Assembly (NCBI RefSeq): GCF_963921235.1
Contig: NC_086101.1
Location: forward strand, 9,798,001 to 9,862,000
DNA length: 64,000 nt
Source of the DNA: Mobula hypostoma
Taxonomy: Eukaryota
Direction: 5' to 3'
Both the position numbers and the translations under genes were made by a program. Below, piece after piece: positions 52,076 through 63,955 of this stretch. The notes under the pieces were generated by a model, which was not told where the DNA came from, ran no database searches, and saw only the letters and a list, made by a program, of their open reading frames with translations. Position 1 is the first letter of the stretch, and the number at the start of each line of letters is the position of its first letter.

Positions 52076-52299
52076 TTTAAGAAAATAAGAAATAGTAGCC
52101 TTCGGCCTCTTCACTCAGAACATGGCTGATCTTTGACTTCAGCGCCACTTTCCTGCATTGTCCCCATAATCGCTGTGCCCCTAAAATTCAGAAATCTTGC
52201 AGAGAGAATTCGAAAGTTTTACCGCACTCTGGATAAGGAAATTTCTCCTCATCTTACTCCTGCTGAGATGACCCCATATTTTCAGATTGTGAACTCTGT

Positions 52300-53248
52300 C
52301 TCAGAGTCAGGTTTACTATCACCTGCAGGTGTTGTGAAATGTGTAAACCTAGCAGCAGCAGTTCAATGCCATACATGATAATATAGAAATAAGTAAATTA
52401 CTTTCAATATATACGTACATTGAATGGATTAAAAATAGTGCAAAATCAGAAATAATATACTTTTAAAAAGTGTGGTAGTGTTCATTGGTTCAATGTCCAT
52501 TCAGAAATCGGATGGCAGAGGGGAAGAAACTGTTCCTGAATCGCTGAGTGTGTGCCTTCAGGCTTCTGTACCTCCTTCCTGACGGTAACAATGAGAAGAG
52601 GGTATTCCCTCGGTGATAGGCGTGAAGGATGTCATCGCTCTGCGGCACCGCTCCATGAAGATGGATGCTGGTACCCAAGAAGTAGCTGACTAAATTTACG
52701 GAATTCTGTAGCTTCTTTTGGTCCTGTGCAGTAGCTGCCCCATCACCCCTCTGTACCAGACAGTGATGCAGTCTGTCAGAATACACTCCATGGTACATCT
52801 ATAGCAGTTTTTGAGTGTTTCAGCTGACAGACCAAATCTCTTCAAACTCCTAATGACATATAGTCGCTGTATTCCTTCTTTATAGCTGCATTGATATGTT
52901 GGGACCAAGTTAGATCCTCAGAGCTCTTGACACCGAGGAACTTGAAATTGTTCACTCTCTCCACTTCTGATCCCTCTGAGGACTGATTCATGTTCTTTCA
53001 TCTTACTGACGTTGAGTGCAAGATTGTTGCTGCGACACCACTCATCTAGCTGATATCGCTTGCTCTGTATGCCCTCTCATCTCCGTCTGATATTCTAACA
53101 AGGATTGTATCATCAGCAAATTTATAGATGGCATTTGAGCTGTGCCTAGCCACACAGTCATGGGTGTAGAGAGAGTAGAGCAGTGGGCTAAGGACACACC
53201 CTGAGGTGCACCAGTGTTGATCATCAGTGAGGAGGAGATATTATCAAC
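52300..53248 (-). mobile_element. Rex1/Babar-type LINE RT and 3' fragment
   Basis: INTGAPQG; RLYVIRSLKRFGLS..ILTDCITVWY; FSLLPSGRRYRSLKAHTQRFRNSFFPSAIRFLN. Confidence 0.9.
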
Positions 53249-53500
53249 TTTAAGGTAAGGGGTGGGAAGTTCAAGGGGGATATTAGAGGAAGGTTTTTTA
53301 CTCAGAGAGTGGTTGGTGCGTGGAATGCACTGCCTGAGTCAGTGGTGGATGCAGATACATTAGTGAAGTTTAAGAGACTACTAGACAGGTATATGGAGGA
53401 ATTTAAGGTGGGGGCTTATATGGGAGGCAGGGTTTGATAGTCGGCACAACATTGTGGGCCAAAGGCCCTGTACTGTGCTGTACTATTCTATGTTCTATGT
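53249..53500 (+). mobile_element. CR1 3' end
   Basis: tttactcagagagtggttggtgcgtggaatgc; tail ttctatgttctatg. Confidence 0.85.
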
Positions 53501-53865
53501 TTATATATGCACTTACTTTTTCTCTCTCTCCTTTTTCTCCCTCTGTCCCTCTCACTATACCCCTTGCCCATCCTCTGGGCTTCCCCCCTCCCCCTTTTCT
53601 TTCTCCCTGGGCCTCCTGTCCTATGACCCTCTCATATCCCTTTTGCCAATCACCTGTCCAGCTCTTGGCTCCATCCCTCCCCCTCCTGACTTCTCCTATC
53701 ATTTTGGATCTCCCCCTCCCCCTCCAACTTTCAAATCCCTTACTCACTCTTCCTTCAGTTAGTCCTGACGAAGGGTCTCGGCCCGAAACGTCGACTGTAC
53801 CTCTTCCTAGAGATGCTGCCTGGCCTGCTGTGTTCACCAGCAACTTTGATGTGTTGTCTGAATGA
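53501..53865 (+). mobile_element. Penelope-like pseudo-LTR / 3' UTR fragment
   Basis: Pyrimidine-rich sequence nearly identical to the reverse complement of 56320-56690; carries a hammerhead motif. Confidence 0.85.
53761..53796 (+). ncRNA. Minimal hammerhead ribozyme motif (Penelope type), intact core
   Basis: AGTC-CTGACGA-AGGG-TCTCGG-CCC-GAAA-CGTC-GACT: stem I AGTC/GACT, CUGANGA, stem II GGG/CCC, GAAA, GUC cleavage triplet. Confidence 0.8.
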
Positions 53866-55509
53866 GGATTGAGAGACTACCTCTTATTCTTATAATTTTG
53901 AGACAGACCCAGTCAGTATAATTTCTCCAATGACACTACCTCTCCCCACACCCCCAATCAATCTTGGAAATCTTCTCTTCATTGCCTACGTCCCACAGGC
54001 TGACTCTGGGAGGGAGACCAGACCTACGCACCATGTTCCATGTGCACTCTCACCACAACCCCGTATATCTTCATAGGAGGTCCTTATTCTTGTATTCAAA
54101 CCTTCCTTCACCTTCAACGCTCTTCGTTTAATATCAAACTCAAACAGTGAGCAGATAAAACACATCCTCAGTGATGAATGTAAATGGGGTAGGTGTTGCA
54201 ACATCTCGATCTGTGCACCTGGACTGTACCAAGCAGAAAGAAAATCCCACTGGGCCGGCCACACAATCCTTGTTTAGGTCACCGGTGTCGCAACGTTGTT
54301 GGAGTGAGTCTGAGTGAAAGAGACAGAGGAGAAAAGGCACGGGAAAACTTGGGTGGTGGCCAGGAGGGGGGGTGGGGGGGGAGTTGTAGAATGAAATCCA
54401 GACTGGGATTGGTGTGTGAGGACCTTTGACCCTTTGCTCTCTGGTGGGGACTTTTCGGTTCCCAATGAGATTCACCGAGCTGGAGACTGAGTGAGTGGAA
54501 AGGACTGAGGTGGACGGTCACATGGAGGAGGGGTGAGAGAGGGAAGGGGGTAGTGCTGAGGCAGAGAGGCCAGTGATGGGAAGGAGACGTCTCTGCGGGA
54601 GAGGGCCATGTAGCAAGCAGGGGCCAGTAAATGGAGGGGTGTGGAAGTGTTGGAGGTCTGGAAGATGTCTGAGGAAATGTAGACCGAGGGGAAGCAGCAG
54701 GGGGAATCCCAAAGGACAGGAAACACAAGGATGAGGAGGATCAACGGTGAGAGAGTTCCAGGTGAGGCTGGGTGGAAGTGAAGAAGAGGCAGTGGAGAAA
54801 GGTAAATAGCCGAGCCCTCTGTGTGTATTTGTGTGTGGTGGAGACAGAGAGAGAGTCTGAGACTTGCTCCAGGCTCCCCAGGTAGATGCAGGGATGATGT
54901 TCCTGGTAACGGGGGTGTCAGGATGAGGAGACACAGTGAGGGGACGACCATTCAGAGGTGAATAAATATATTTACCCAGCTCATAATCTAATGGCGCTCT
55001 GCACATTTACACATCAACTATGTTGAAGAGAGATGTGGATGGAGTTTTGGATACAAAGTGAATCAGTAGAAAGAGCATTAGCACAGGGAAGTGGTACTGA
55101 TCATGTCTAATGGGAGAGCAGGTTCTGTTTCTGTTTCTGATGTCATTCAGAGCAGTGTACAGACTGACCAGAGGGAGGATTGAAGGGTCTGGGGAACAAA
55201 TAGAGGTGTAAAGCAGGGGGGTGAAAAGGAGATTAAATATTAATTATTTAAATTGTCAGGCAAATATCTTTGACACTGAAATGGGGGATCTTAATGCAGC
55301 AGAAGATTGTGAGGTGTTGGATACACTGGGATTACTCAAACACGGATGCAGGAAAACTTCCTGACCTCACCCCTGTACAGCCCTGCCCTGATGTGTGGTT
55401 CCACTCCACAAGACTGTGGGAGGGAGACCAGACCTGTGCACAATGTACCATGTGCACTCTCACCACAACCCCGTATATCTTCATAGGAGATCCTCATTCT
55501 TGTATTCAA

Positions 55510-57538
55510 GAACAGCCATGTGTACCCTCATGGGTCCCAGCTCTGCCTGCCTTTTTGTTGGCTTTGTGGAACAATCCATGTTCCAGGCCTATTCTGGTAT
55601 CTGTCCCCCACTTCTCCTTCGCTACATCGACGACTGCATTGGCGCTGCTTCCTGCACGCATGCTGAGCTCATTGACTTCATTAACTTTGCCACCAACTTT
55701 CACCCTGCCCTCAAGTTTACCTGGTCCATTTCCGACACCTCCCTCCCCTTTCTAGATCTTTCTGTCTTTGTCTCTGGAGACAGCTTATCCACTGATGTCT
55801 ACTATATGCCTACTGACTATCACAGCTATCAGGACTATTCCTCTTCTCACCCTGTCTCTTGCAAAAACGCCATCCCCTTCTCGCAATTCCTCCGTCTCCG
55901 CCACATCTGCTCTCAGGATGAGGCTTTTCATTCCAGGACGAAGGAGATGTGCTCCTTTTTTAAAGAAAGTGGCTTCCCTTCCTCCACCATCAACTCTGCT
56001 CTCAAACGCATCTCTCTCATTTCACGCACATCTGCTCTCACCCCATCCTCCCACCACCCCACTAGGAATAGGGTTCCCTTTGTCCTAACCTACCACCCCA
56101 CCAGCCTCCGGGTCTAACATATAATTCACTGTAACTTCCGCCACCTCCATCGGGATCCCACCACTAAGCACATCTTTCCCTCCCCCTCTTTCTGCTTTCC
56201 ACAGGGATCACTCTCTTGTCCATTCGTCCCCCCATCCCTTCCCATCAGTCTCCCCACCAGCACTTATCCTTGTAAGCAGAATAAGTGCTACACATACAAC
56301 AGGAATTCTGCAGATGCTGGAAATTCAAGCAACACACATAAAAGTTGCTGGTGAACGCAGCAGGCCAGGCAGCATCTCTAGGAAGAGGTGCAGTCGATGT
56401 TTCAGGCCGAGACCCTTCGTCTGGACTAACTGAAGGAAGAGTGAGTAAGGGATTTGAAAGTTGGAGGGGGAGATCCAAAATGATAGGAGAAGACAGGAGG
56501 GGGAGGGATGGAGCCGAGAGCTGGACAGGTGATAGGCAAAAGGGATACGAGAGGATCATGGGACAGGAGGTCCGGGAAGAAAGACAAGGGGGGGGGACAC
56601 CCAGAGGATGGGCAAGGAGTATATTCAGAGGGACAGAGGGAGAAAAAGGAGAGTGAGAGAAAGAATGTGTGTATAAAAATAAGTAACAGATGGGGTACTA
56701 GGGGGAGGTGGGGCATTAGCAGAAGTTAGAGAAGTCAATGTTCATGCCATCAGGTTGGAGGCTACCCAGACGGAATATAAGGTGTTGTTCCTCCAACCTG
56801 AGTGTGGCTTCATCTTTACAGTAGAGGAGGCCGGGGATAGACATGTCAGAATAGGAATGGGATGTGGAATTAAATTGTGTGGCCACTGGGAGATCCTGCT
56901 TTCTCTGGCGGACAGAGCGTAAAGCAGGATCTCCCAGTGGCCACACATTTTAATTCCACATCCCATTCCCATTCTGACATGTCTATCCACGGTCTCCTCT
57001 GCTGTAAAGATGAAGCCACACTCAGGTTGGAGGAACAACACCTTATATTCCGTCTGGGTAGCCTCCAACCTGATGGCATGAACATTGACTTCTTATCCGT
57101 TAATGCCCCTCCTCCCCTTCACACCCCATCCCTTACTTATTTATTTAATTTTTAAAAATATAATCCCCCCCCCTTTTTTGTCTCTCTCTTTTTTCTCCCT
57201 CTGTCCTTCTCACTATAACTCCTTGCCTGCTCTCCCCCCTCCAGGCTCCCCTCCCCCCTTCTCTCTCTCCCCAGGCTTCCCATCCCATGATCCTCTCCCT
57301 TCTCCAGCTCTTGGCTCCATCCCTCCCCCTCCTGTCTTCTCCTATCATTTTGGATCTCCCCCTCCCCCTCCCACTTTCAAATCTCTTACTATCTCTTCTT
57401 TCAGTTAGTCCTGATGAAGGGTTCCAGCCCGAAACGTCGACTCTACCTCTTCCTAGAGATGCTGCCTGGCCTGTTGTGTTCCACCAGCATTTTGTGTGTG
57501 TGTTGCTTGAATTTCCAGTATCTGCAAATTTCCTCATG
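55510..57538 (+). mobile_element. Penelope-like element: RT fragment plus inverted and direct GIY-YIG/pseudo-LTR segments; 12-bp TSD
   Basis: TAMCTLMGPSSACLFVG..LLRYIDDC..LPFLDL..TDVYY..SSHP..IPFSQFLRLRHICS; LPVATHFNSTSHS..LRLEEQHLIFRLGSLQPDGMNIDF on both strands; TSD tcttgtattcaa at 55498-55509 and 57539-57550. Confidence 0.92.
57407..57442 (+). ncRNA. Minimal hammerhead ribozyme motif, intact core
   Basis: AGTC-CTGATGA-AGGG-TTCCAG-CCC-GAAA-CGTC-GACT. Confidence 0.8.
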
Positions 57539-57834
57539 TCTTGTATTCAAACCTTCTTTCACCTTCAATGCTCTTCCTTTAATATAGACCTCAAACAGTC
57601 AACAGATAAAACACAGATAAAGGGGGTGGGTGTCGCAACATCTCGAGCTATGTAGCTACACCCATGTACCAAGCTGAAAGAAAATTCCCACTGGGTAGGA
57701 CACATAATCCTTGTTTGGGTGACGAGTATCCCAACTAGCATCTGAGCAAGGGTAGACTAGGGTAAGGAGCAGCGGAATTCCAAAGGATGGGAAACACAGG
57801 GACGAGGAGCATCGGGGTGAGAGAGTTCAAGAGT

Positions 57835-58595
57835 GAGAACTTAACCTAGTAAGCGGGATAAGTGCCACACCTGCCCCTACACCTCATCCCTCACTACCAC
57901 TCGAGCCCCAAACAGCCCTTTCAGGTCAGGCGATGCTTTACCTGCGAGTCTTTTGGGCTCCTCTCCTGTCTCCGATGCTCCCGGTGAGGTCTGGCGTAGA
58001 TTGGGAGACCTCTTCATCCTTCTCTCCGTCTGCCTCAAAAAGCCATATTTTCCGGTGGCCGCCCATTTCAATTCTACTTCTCATTCCCTTTCCGACATGA
58101 CAGTCCATGGCCTCCTCCACTGCCACACTCAGATTGGAGGAGCAACATCTTACATTCCATCTGGGTAGCTTCTACATCGATTTCTCAAACTTACGGTATC
58201 TACCAACCGCACCCCCCCCCACCTCACCATTCCCCATTCTTGTTTCCTTCTCACACCTTCTCTTCTTCCCTGCCAATCACCTCCCTCTGGTGCTCCTCCC
58301 CCTTCCCTTTCTTCCATGGTCTTCTGTCCTCTCCTATCAGATTCCCCCTTCTCTACCCCTTTTCCACCAATCAACTTCCCAGCTCTTTACTTTACCCTCT
58401 CCCCCTCCCGGTTACCACCGTGTGCCTCTTCTTCCCCCCCCCCACCTTCTCGTTCTGACTTCCTTTGCAGGCCTGATGAAGGGTCCCCGCTCAGAACCTC
58501 TCCTGTTTTTTCCCATCGATAGGTGCTGCCTGATCTGCTGTGCTCCTCCAGCACATTGTGTACTGCTCTAGATTTCCAGCATCGGCAGTGCCTCA
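57835..58595 (+). mobile_element. Older, decayed Penelope-like 3' fragment
   Basis: RRLGDLF..FPVAAHFNSTSHSLSDMTVHGLLHC; LRLEEQHLTFHLG; decayed hammerhead at ~58470-58500. Confidence 0.8.
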
Positions 58596-59605
58596 GTGTA
58601 TGTGAGGGGGTTCCAGGCAAGGCTGGGTGGAAGTGAAGAAGAGGAAGTGGAGAAAGGTAAATGGCCGAGCCCTCTGTGTGTATTCGTGTGTGGCGGAGAC
58701 AGAGAGAGAGTCCGAGACTTGCTCCAGGCTCCCCAGGTAGATGCAGGGATGATGTTTCTGGTAACGGGGGTGTCAGGAAAGTTGAGCCACGGGTGAGAGG
58801 ATGGCCATTAAGAAGTGAATAAATGTATTTACCCAGCTCTGTCTTGAACGTAGAGTTTTGGCTAAGAGGAATCAGCAGAAATAATACAGTGGTATTAATA
58901 TTATTTAATGGGAGAGCAGGTGTGAGGGGCTGAATGGCTTTAATTCCTGATGTTTTTCGGATCAGTGGACAGACTGATCAGAGGGAGGATAGAAGGGTCT
59001 GGGGAATTAATTGAAGTGGAGGGCAGGAGGGTGAAAAGGTGATTAAATGCCAATAATTTAAACTGTCAGGCAAATATCTTTGACGCAGAAATGGGACATC
59101 TTGATTCAATGGAACATTAGAGGTGTCAGATACACTGGTAAGTCCTCAGGGACGGCTGTAGGAAAACTTCCGAACTTCACCCCTGTACTGCCCTGCTCTG
59201 ATATAACACTCCCCAGCGTCCTGCCATTCACTGTGCACGTTCTGCATTGGTTTTAACTTCGCGAAATACAATTCTTCACACTTGATTGAGTTAAAGTTCT
59301 TCTTCATCCCTTTGCCCACAGTCCTGGATTGACGTCCTGTTGTAACTTTAGACAATCTTCACTGTCCACCACATCACCAATTTCAGTGTCAGTCACAGTT
59401 TACTCCTCATGTCACCTACATTCTCATTGAGAAAGACTCAAAGATACAATTATGTGATTCATTACTAGGTGAATATAATTTCAGTAAGGTATCTATCAAT
59501 TCAACTTGGAATAAATACCAACCGACTCTCAAACTTCCCAATTATTACTCTCAGTTTTAATTTGAAATCTCAGTCTGAAGGCCTGAATTACGTTCATTCA
59601 CCCTG

Positions 59606-60740
59606 TAACCATATAACCATGTAACAATTACAGCATGGAAACAGGCCATCTCAGCCTTACTAGTCCATGCCGAACTCTTACTCTCACCTAGTCCCACCGA
59701 CCTGCACTCAGCCCATAACCCTCCATTCATTTCCTGTCCATATAGCTATCCAATTTAACTTTAAATGACAACATCGAACCTGCCTCTACCACTTAAGCTG
59801 GAAGCTCGTTCCACTCAGCTACCACTCTCTGAGTAAAGAAGTTGCCCCTCATGTTACCCCTAAACTGTTGCCCCCTAACTCTCAACTCATGTCCTCTTGC
59901 TTCAACCTCCCCCACTCTCAATGGAAAAAGCCTATCCACGTCAACTCTATCTATCCCCCTCATAATTTTAAATACCTCTATCAAGTCCCCCCTCAACCTT
60001 CTATGCTCCAAAGAATAAAGACCCAACTTGTTCAACCTTTCTCTGTAACTTAGGTGCTGAAACCCAGGTAACATTCTCGTAAATTTTCTCTGTACTCCCT
60101 CTATTTTGTTGACATCTTTCCTATAATTCAGTGACCAGAACTGTACACAATACTCCAAATTTGGCCTTACCAATGCCTTGTACAATTTTAACATTACATC
60201 CCAACTCCTATACTCAATGCTCTGATATATGAAGGCCAGCATACCAAAAGCTTTCTTCACCACCCTATCCACATGAGATTCCACCTTCAGGGAACTATGC
60301 ACCATTATTCCTAGATACCTCTGTTCTACTGCATTCTTCAAGGCCCTACCATTTACCATGTATGTCCCATTTTGATTAGTCCTACCAAAATGTAGCACCT
60401 CACACTCATCAGTATTAAACTTCATCTGCCATCTTTCAGTCCACTCTTCTAACTGCTTAAATCTCTCTGCAAGCTTTGAAAACCTACTTCATTATCCACA
60501 ACGCCACCTATCTTAGTATCATCTGCATACTTACTAATCCAATTTACCTCCCCATCATCCAGATCATTAATGTATATGACAAACAACATTGGATCTAGTA
60601 CAGATCCCTGAGGCACACCACTGTCCTCCAATCTGACAAACAGTTACCCCACTATCTGGCATCTCCCATCCAGCCACTGCTGAATCCATTTTACTACTTC
60701 AATATTAATACCTAACGATTGAACCTTCCTAACTAACTTT
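59606..60740 (-). mobile_element. CR1 RT and 3' fragment, (GGTTATAT)n subfamily; same family as 39657-43690
   Basis: [25 protein letters not shown] 59793-60425. Confidence 0.95.
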
Positions 60741-60902
60741 GTGGGGCCGTGCTGTCTCATCGGGACCCCCATGTACGAGATGGATTAAGCCCACCAGCAT
60801 TAAAATTAATAGGCTGACTATTGCCTAGTTTTGTTGTCAAATTTTAATCCTCATTGATGTTAATTCAGTAGAAAACTCAGACTGTGTACATATAAAGCAC
60901 AC

Positions 60903-61380
60903 CCAGGATCCAGTTGCAGAGGGAGGTACTGAGGCCCAGGTTTTGGAGATTATTGATTGGAACTGCGGGTATGATTGTGTTGAACGCTGAACTGTAGTCA
61001 ATAAATAGCAGCCTGATGTAAGTATTACCATTCCCTGGTGAGCCAAGGCTGAGTGGAGAGCCAGTGAGACTGTATCTGCTGTTGAGCTATTGTGGTAATA
61101 GGGATTTGCCATGGGTCTAGGGCCGTGCTTAGGCAGGAGTTGATTCTGGCCATGACCAACTTCTCACGGTACTTGCGAGTGCTACTGGGCGATGGTCATT
61201 AATGCAGCTCACCTTGCTTCTCCTGAGCACTGGTAAGATCATTGCCCTTTTGAAGCAGCTGGGAACTTGTGACTGTAGCAATGAGAGGCTGAAAACATCT
61301 TTGAACACAGCTGCCAGTTGGTTGGCACAGGTTTTCAGAGCCCTGCCAGATACCCTATTGGGTACTCTGATGTGAGGCTC
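60903..61380 (-). mobile_element. Rex1/Babar-type LINE RT N-terminal fragment
   Basis: [66 protein letters not shown]. Confidence 0.88.
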
Positions 61381-62045
61381 CACTCTCCCGAGCTAGACAA
61401 ATGGAGATAGACAGCACGAACACCGGCCCTTCGGCCCAACACATCCCTGCCAACCAGGGTGTCTTCCTCAGCATATTCCCGTTTGACTGCATTGGCCCAC
61501 GCCCCTCAATATATTTTCTATCAAGATTGTATCCAAATGTCTTGAAAATGTTTCAATTCTCTCTGCCTGTACCATTTCGTCTGGCAGCTCCTTCCATCTA
61601 CTGACCACCATCTGTGTGAAACACTTGCTGTTAATCTTTGCCCTCTGAGCTTAAATCTATATCCTCTAGTTTTAGACTCCCCTACCCTGGGGAAAGACTG
61701 TGACCATCGACCTCATCACTGCCCTGCAGGATTTCATAAGCCACAATATTCTGCATTGGTTTCAAGTTCTCGAAATACAACACTTCACATTTTTTCTGCC
61801 ATTCCTTTCCCATATTTCCAGTTGCTTGAGGTCCTGTTGTAACTTCAGACAATCATCACTGGCCTCCACGTCACCAATTTTGGTGTCGTCCACAAGATTA
61901 GTCATCGTGTCACCAGCCTCCTCATTGAGAAAGGCACAAAGGAACAATGATGAGAAAATCTGCGGATCTGGAAATCCAAGTAACACACACACAAAATGCT
62001 GCAGGAGGTCAGCAGGCCAGGCAGCATCAATGGGAAAGATTAAAC

Positions 62046-62081
62046 AGTCGACGTTTCGGGCTGAAACCCTTCTTCAGGACT
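62046..62081 (-). ncRNA. Minimal hammerhead ribozyme motif, intact core, in a short Penelope-derived insert (~61950-62115)
   Basis: Reverse complement AGTC-CTGAAGA-AGGG-TTTCAG-CCC-GAAA-CGTC-GACT. Confidence 0.78.
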
Positions 62082-62749
62082 GGGAAAAAAGGATGAGAAG
62101 TTAGACAAGAAGGTTGATTATCTGATTCATTATTGGGTGAATATAATTTCAGTACGACATTTACTCAATTCCACTTGCAATAAATGCCCACAGATTCTTA
62201 ACCTTCCCAATTGTTACTTTGACTTTAAATTTGAAATCTCGGTCTGAAGGCCAGAATTACATTTATCCCCCAATTGGGGCCATGTTAGGTGTTCCATGTG
62301 TGGTCTCATCGGGACTCACATGTTTTTCCTTGGATAAAACATGCCTGTATTAAAGTTATCAGGCTGATAATTGCCTGATTTTTCTTGTCAAATGTCAATC
62401 TTCATTGAAATTAGTTCAGTAGGAAAACTCAGACTGTGTACATATATAACACACCACTTCCCCATTATTTATACCAGCTGGTGTTGCAATATTTTAATTT
62501 CCATCCCTGGGTCCGGACCGTGCCCTGCACACAGAACACACACCATCACACTTGGGAAACCGTGCTGTCCTCATTGAGGTGACTGATGCCCCAGTTTCCC
62601 AAGTGACTGATGGAGAGTGACAGATTGATTCTGTTTGTTTTATGTTTGAGATGTAAAGCATGGAAACAGGCCCTTCGGTCCCACTTCTTCAAACTAACCC
62701 AGATGCTGTTCTGGGCGTTGGTCTGTATTTGGCCCCGATCCCTGTAAAC

Positions 62750-62800
62750 CAGGGGTTCCCAGCCCGAGGTCAATGGCATTAAAATGGTTGTGAACCCCTG
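62750..62800. mobile_element. 51-bp hAT-like mini-MITE; related copy at 3864-3908
   Basis: TIRs CAGGGGTTCCCA / TGTGAACCCCTG; 8-bp TSD ctgtaaac / ctctaaac. Confidence 0.7.
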
Positions 62801-63174
62801 CTCTAAACCTTTCCTATCATTGTACTGTCAATTTAGCTATTAAATGTTGTCATTGCACCTGTCACTACCTCCTCCTCTGACAGTTCATTCGATTTACACC
62901 CACTGCCTTTGTGTGAGAGTGTTGCACTTTAGTTTCCTGTTAAATATTCTCTTGCTCACTGACTAACAATGCCACCTACATTGTCATCCAAATTATTAAT
63001 ATAAATCACAAACAACGATGGACACAGCACTGAACCCACGGCTCAGCACTGGTTACAGGCCTCCCATCAGCAAAACAACCCTTCACTACCACCCTCGGCT
63101 TCCTACCACAAACCAATTTAGTACTGAGTTGGACAGCTCACCTGGGACCCCATCCAGAAAGCCTGTTCCTGTGA

Positions 63175-63955
63175 ATCAGAATCAGAATCTGGTTTAATAT
63201 CACTGGCACATGTTGTGAAATCTGTCATTTTGCAGCAACAGCACCTTGCAATACACAGTAATAAAACATGTAAATTATTGCAAGAAGTAACTATAAAAAA
63301 TAAATTATATTAATTGTGCCAAAAGAGAGGGGGAGAAAGACACTGAGGAAGTATTCATGGGTTCATTGTCCATTCAGAAATCTGATCGCGGAGGGGAAGA
63401 AGCTGTTCCTGAAATTTTGACTGTGTATCTTCAGGCTCCTGTATCTTCTCCTTGATGGTTCCAGAGAGAAGAGGACATGTCCTCGGTGATAGGGGTCCTT
63501 CATGATGGAGGCCACCTTTTTGAGACATCGTGTGTTGAAAGTGTTCCGGATGCTCGGGAGGCTATTGCTCTTGATGGAGCTGGCTGAGTTTACAACTTTC
63601 TGCAGCTTTGTATGCCTTTACCAGTGAACAGTCTCAACCAGCCAACCATTATATGTTCCTGTCTGATACCAACAACATCAGCCTTGCTCCAATTCAGGAC
63701 AAGTCCACAAGTATTTCCATAACTATTTTATATCTGACAGAATGATGATCACTGGTCCCGAGGTGAAGTGTGACCCCTTCTCTAGTTGGGCATCTACACG
63801 TTGCTTATGAAACCATTCCAGACCACACTTCACAAATTCTACCCTGTCAAATCCCTCAGCACTATGTCTGTCCCAGTCAATATTAGGGAAGCTGAAGTCT
63901 CTGACTATCAGAACCCTGATACTCCAACAGTTATCCACATTCTCCCTACACATGG
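63175..63955 (-). mobile_element. Rex1/Babar 3' fragment (63175-63620) and an old CR1 APE fragment (63700-63955)
   Basis: Tail reverse complement gaatcagaatcagaatc; RVLIVRDFSFPNIDW..EFVKC. Confidence 0.75.

Larger units (their letters stand above)
53985..59200 (+). repeat. Old tandem duplication: unit 1 ~53985-55400, unit 2 ~55400-59200 (expanded by two Penelope insertions)
   Basis: 54002-54099 ~ 55412-55509; 54090-54285 ~ 57541-57725; 54765-54985 ~ 58620-58842; 55150-55392 ~ 58960-59200. Confidence 0.85.
59230..62455 (+). repeat. Second old tandem duplication: ~59230-60905 (split by a CR1) versus ~61750-62455 (split by a Penelope piece)
   Basis: Shared blocks ctcattgagaaag, gattcatta..ggtgaatataatttcagta, aatttgaaatctcRgtctgaaggcc, gtctcatcgggac and aaaactcagactgtgtacatata. 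Confidence 0.8.

Noticed and set aside
54000..54480. Possible minus-strand exons in the duplicated unit
   Set aside because: 54010-54130 is decayed CR1 sequence, and the acceptor-like site at ~54311 is absent from unit 2.
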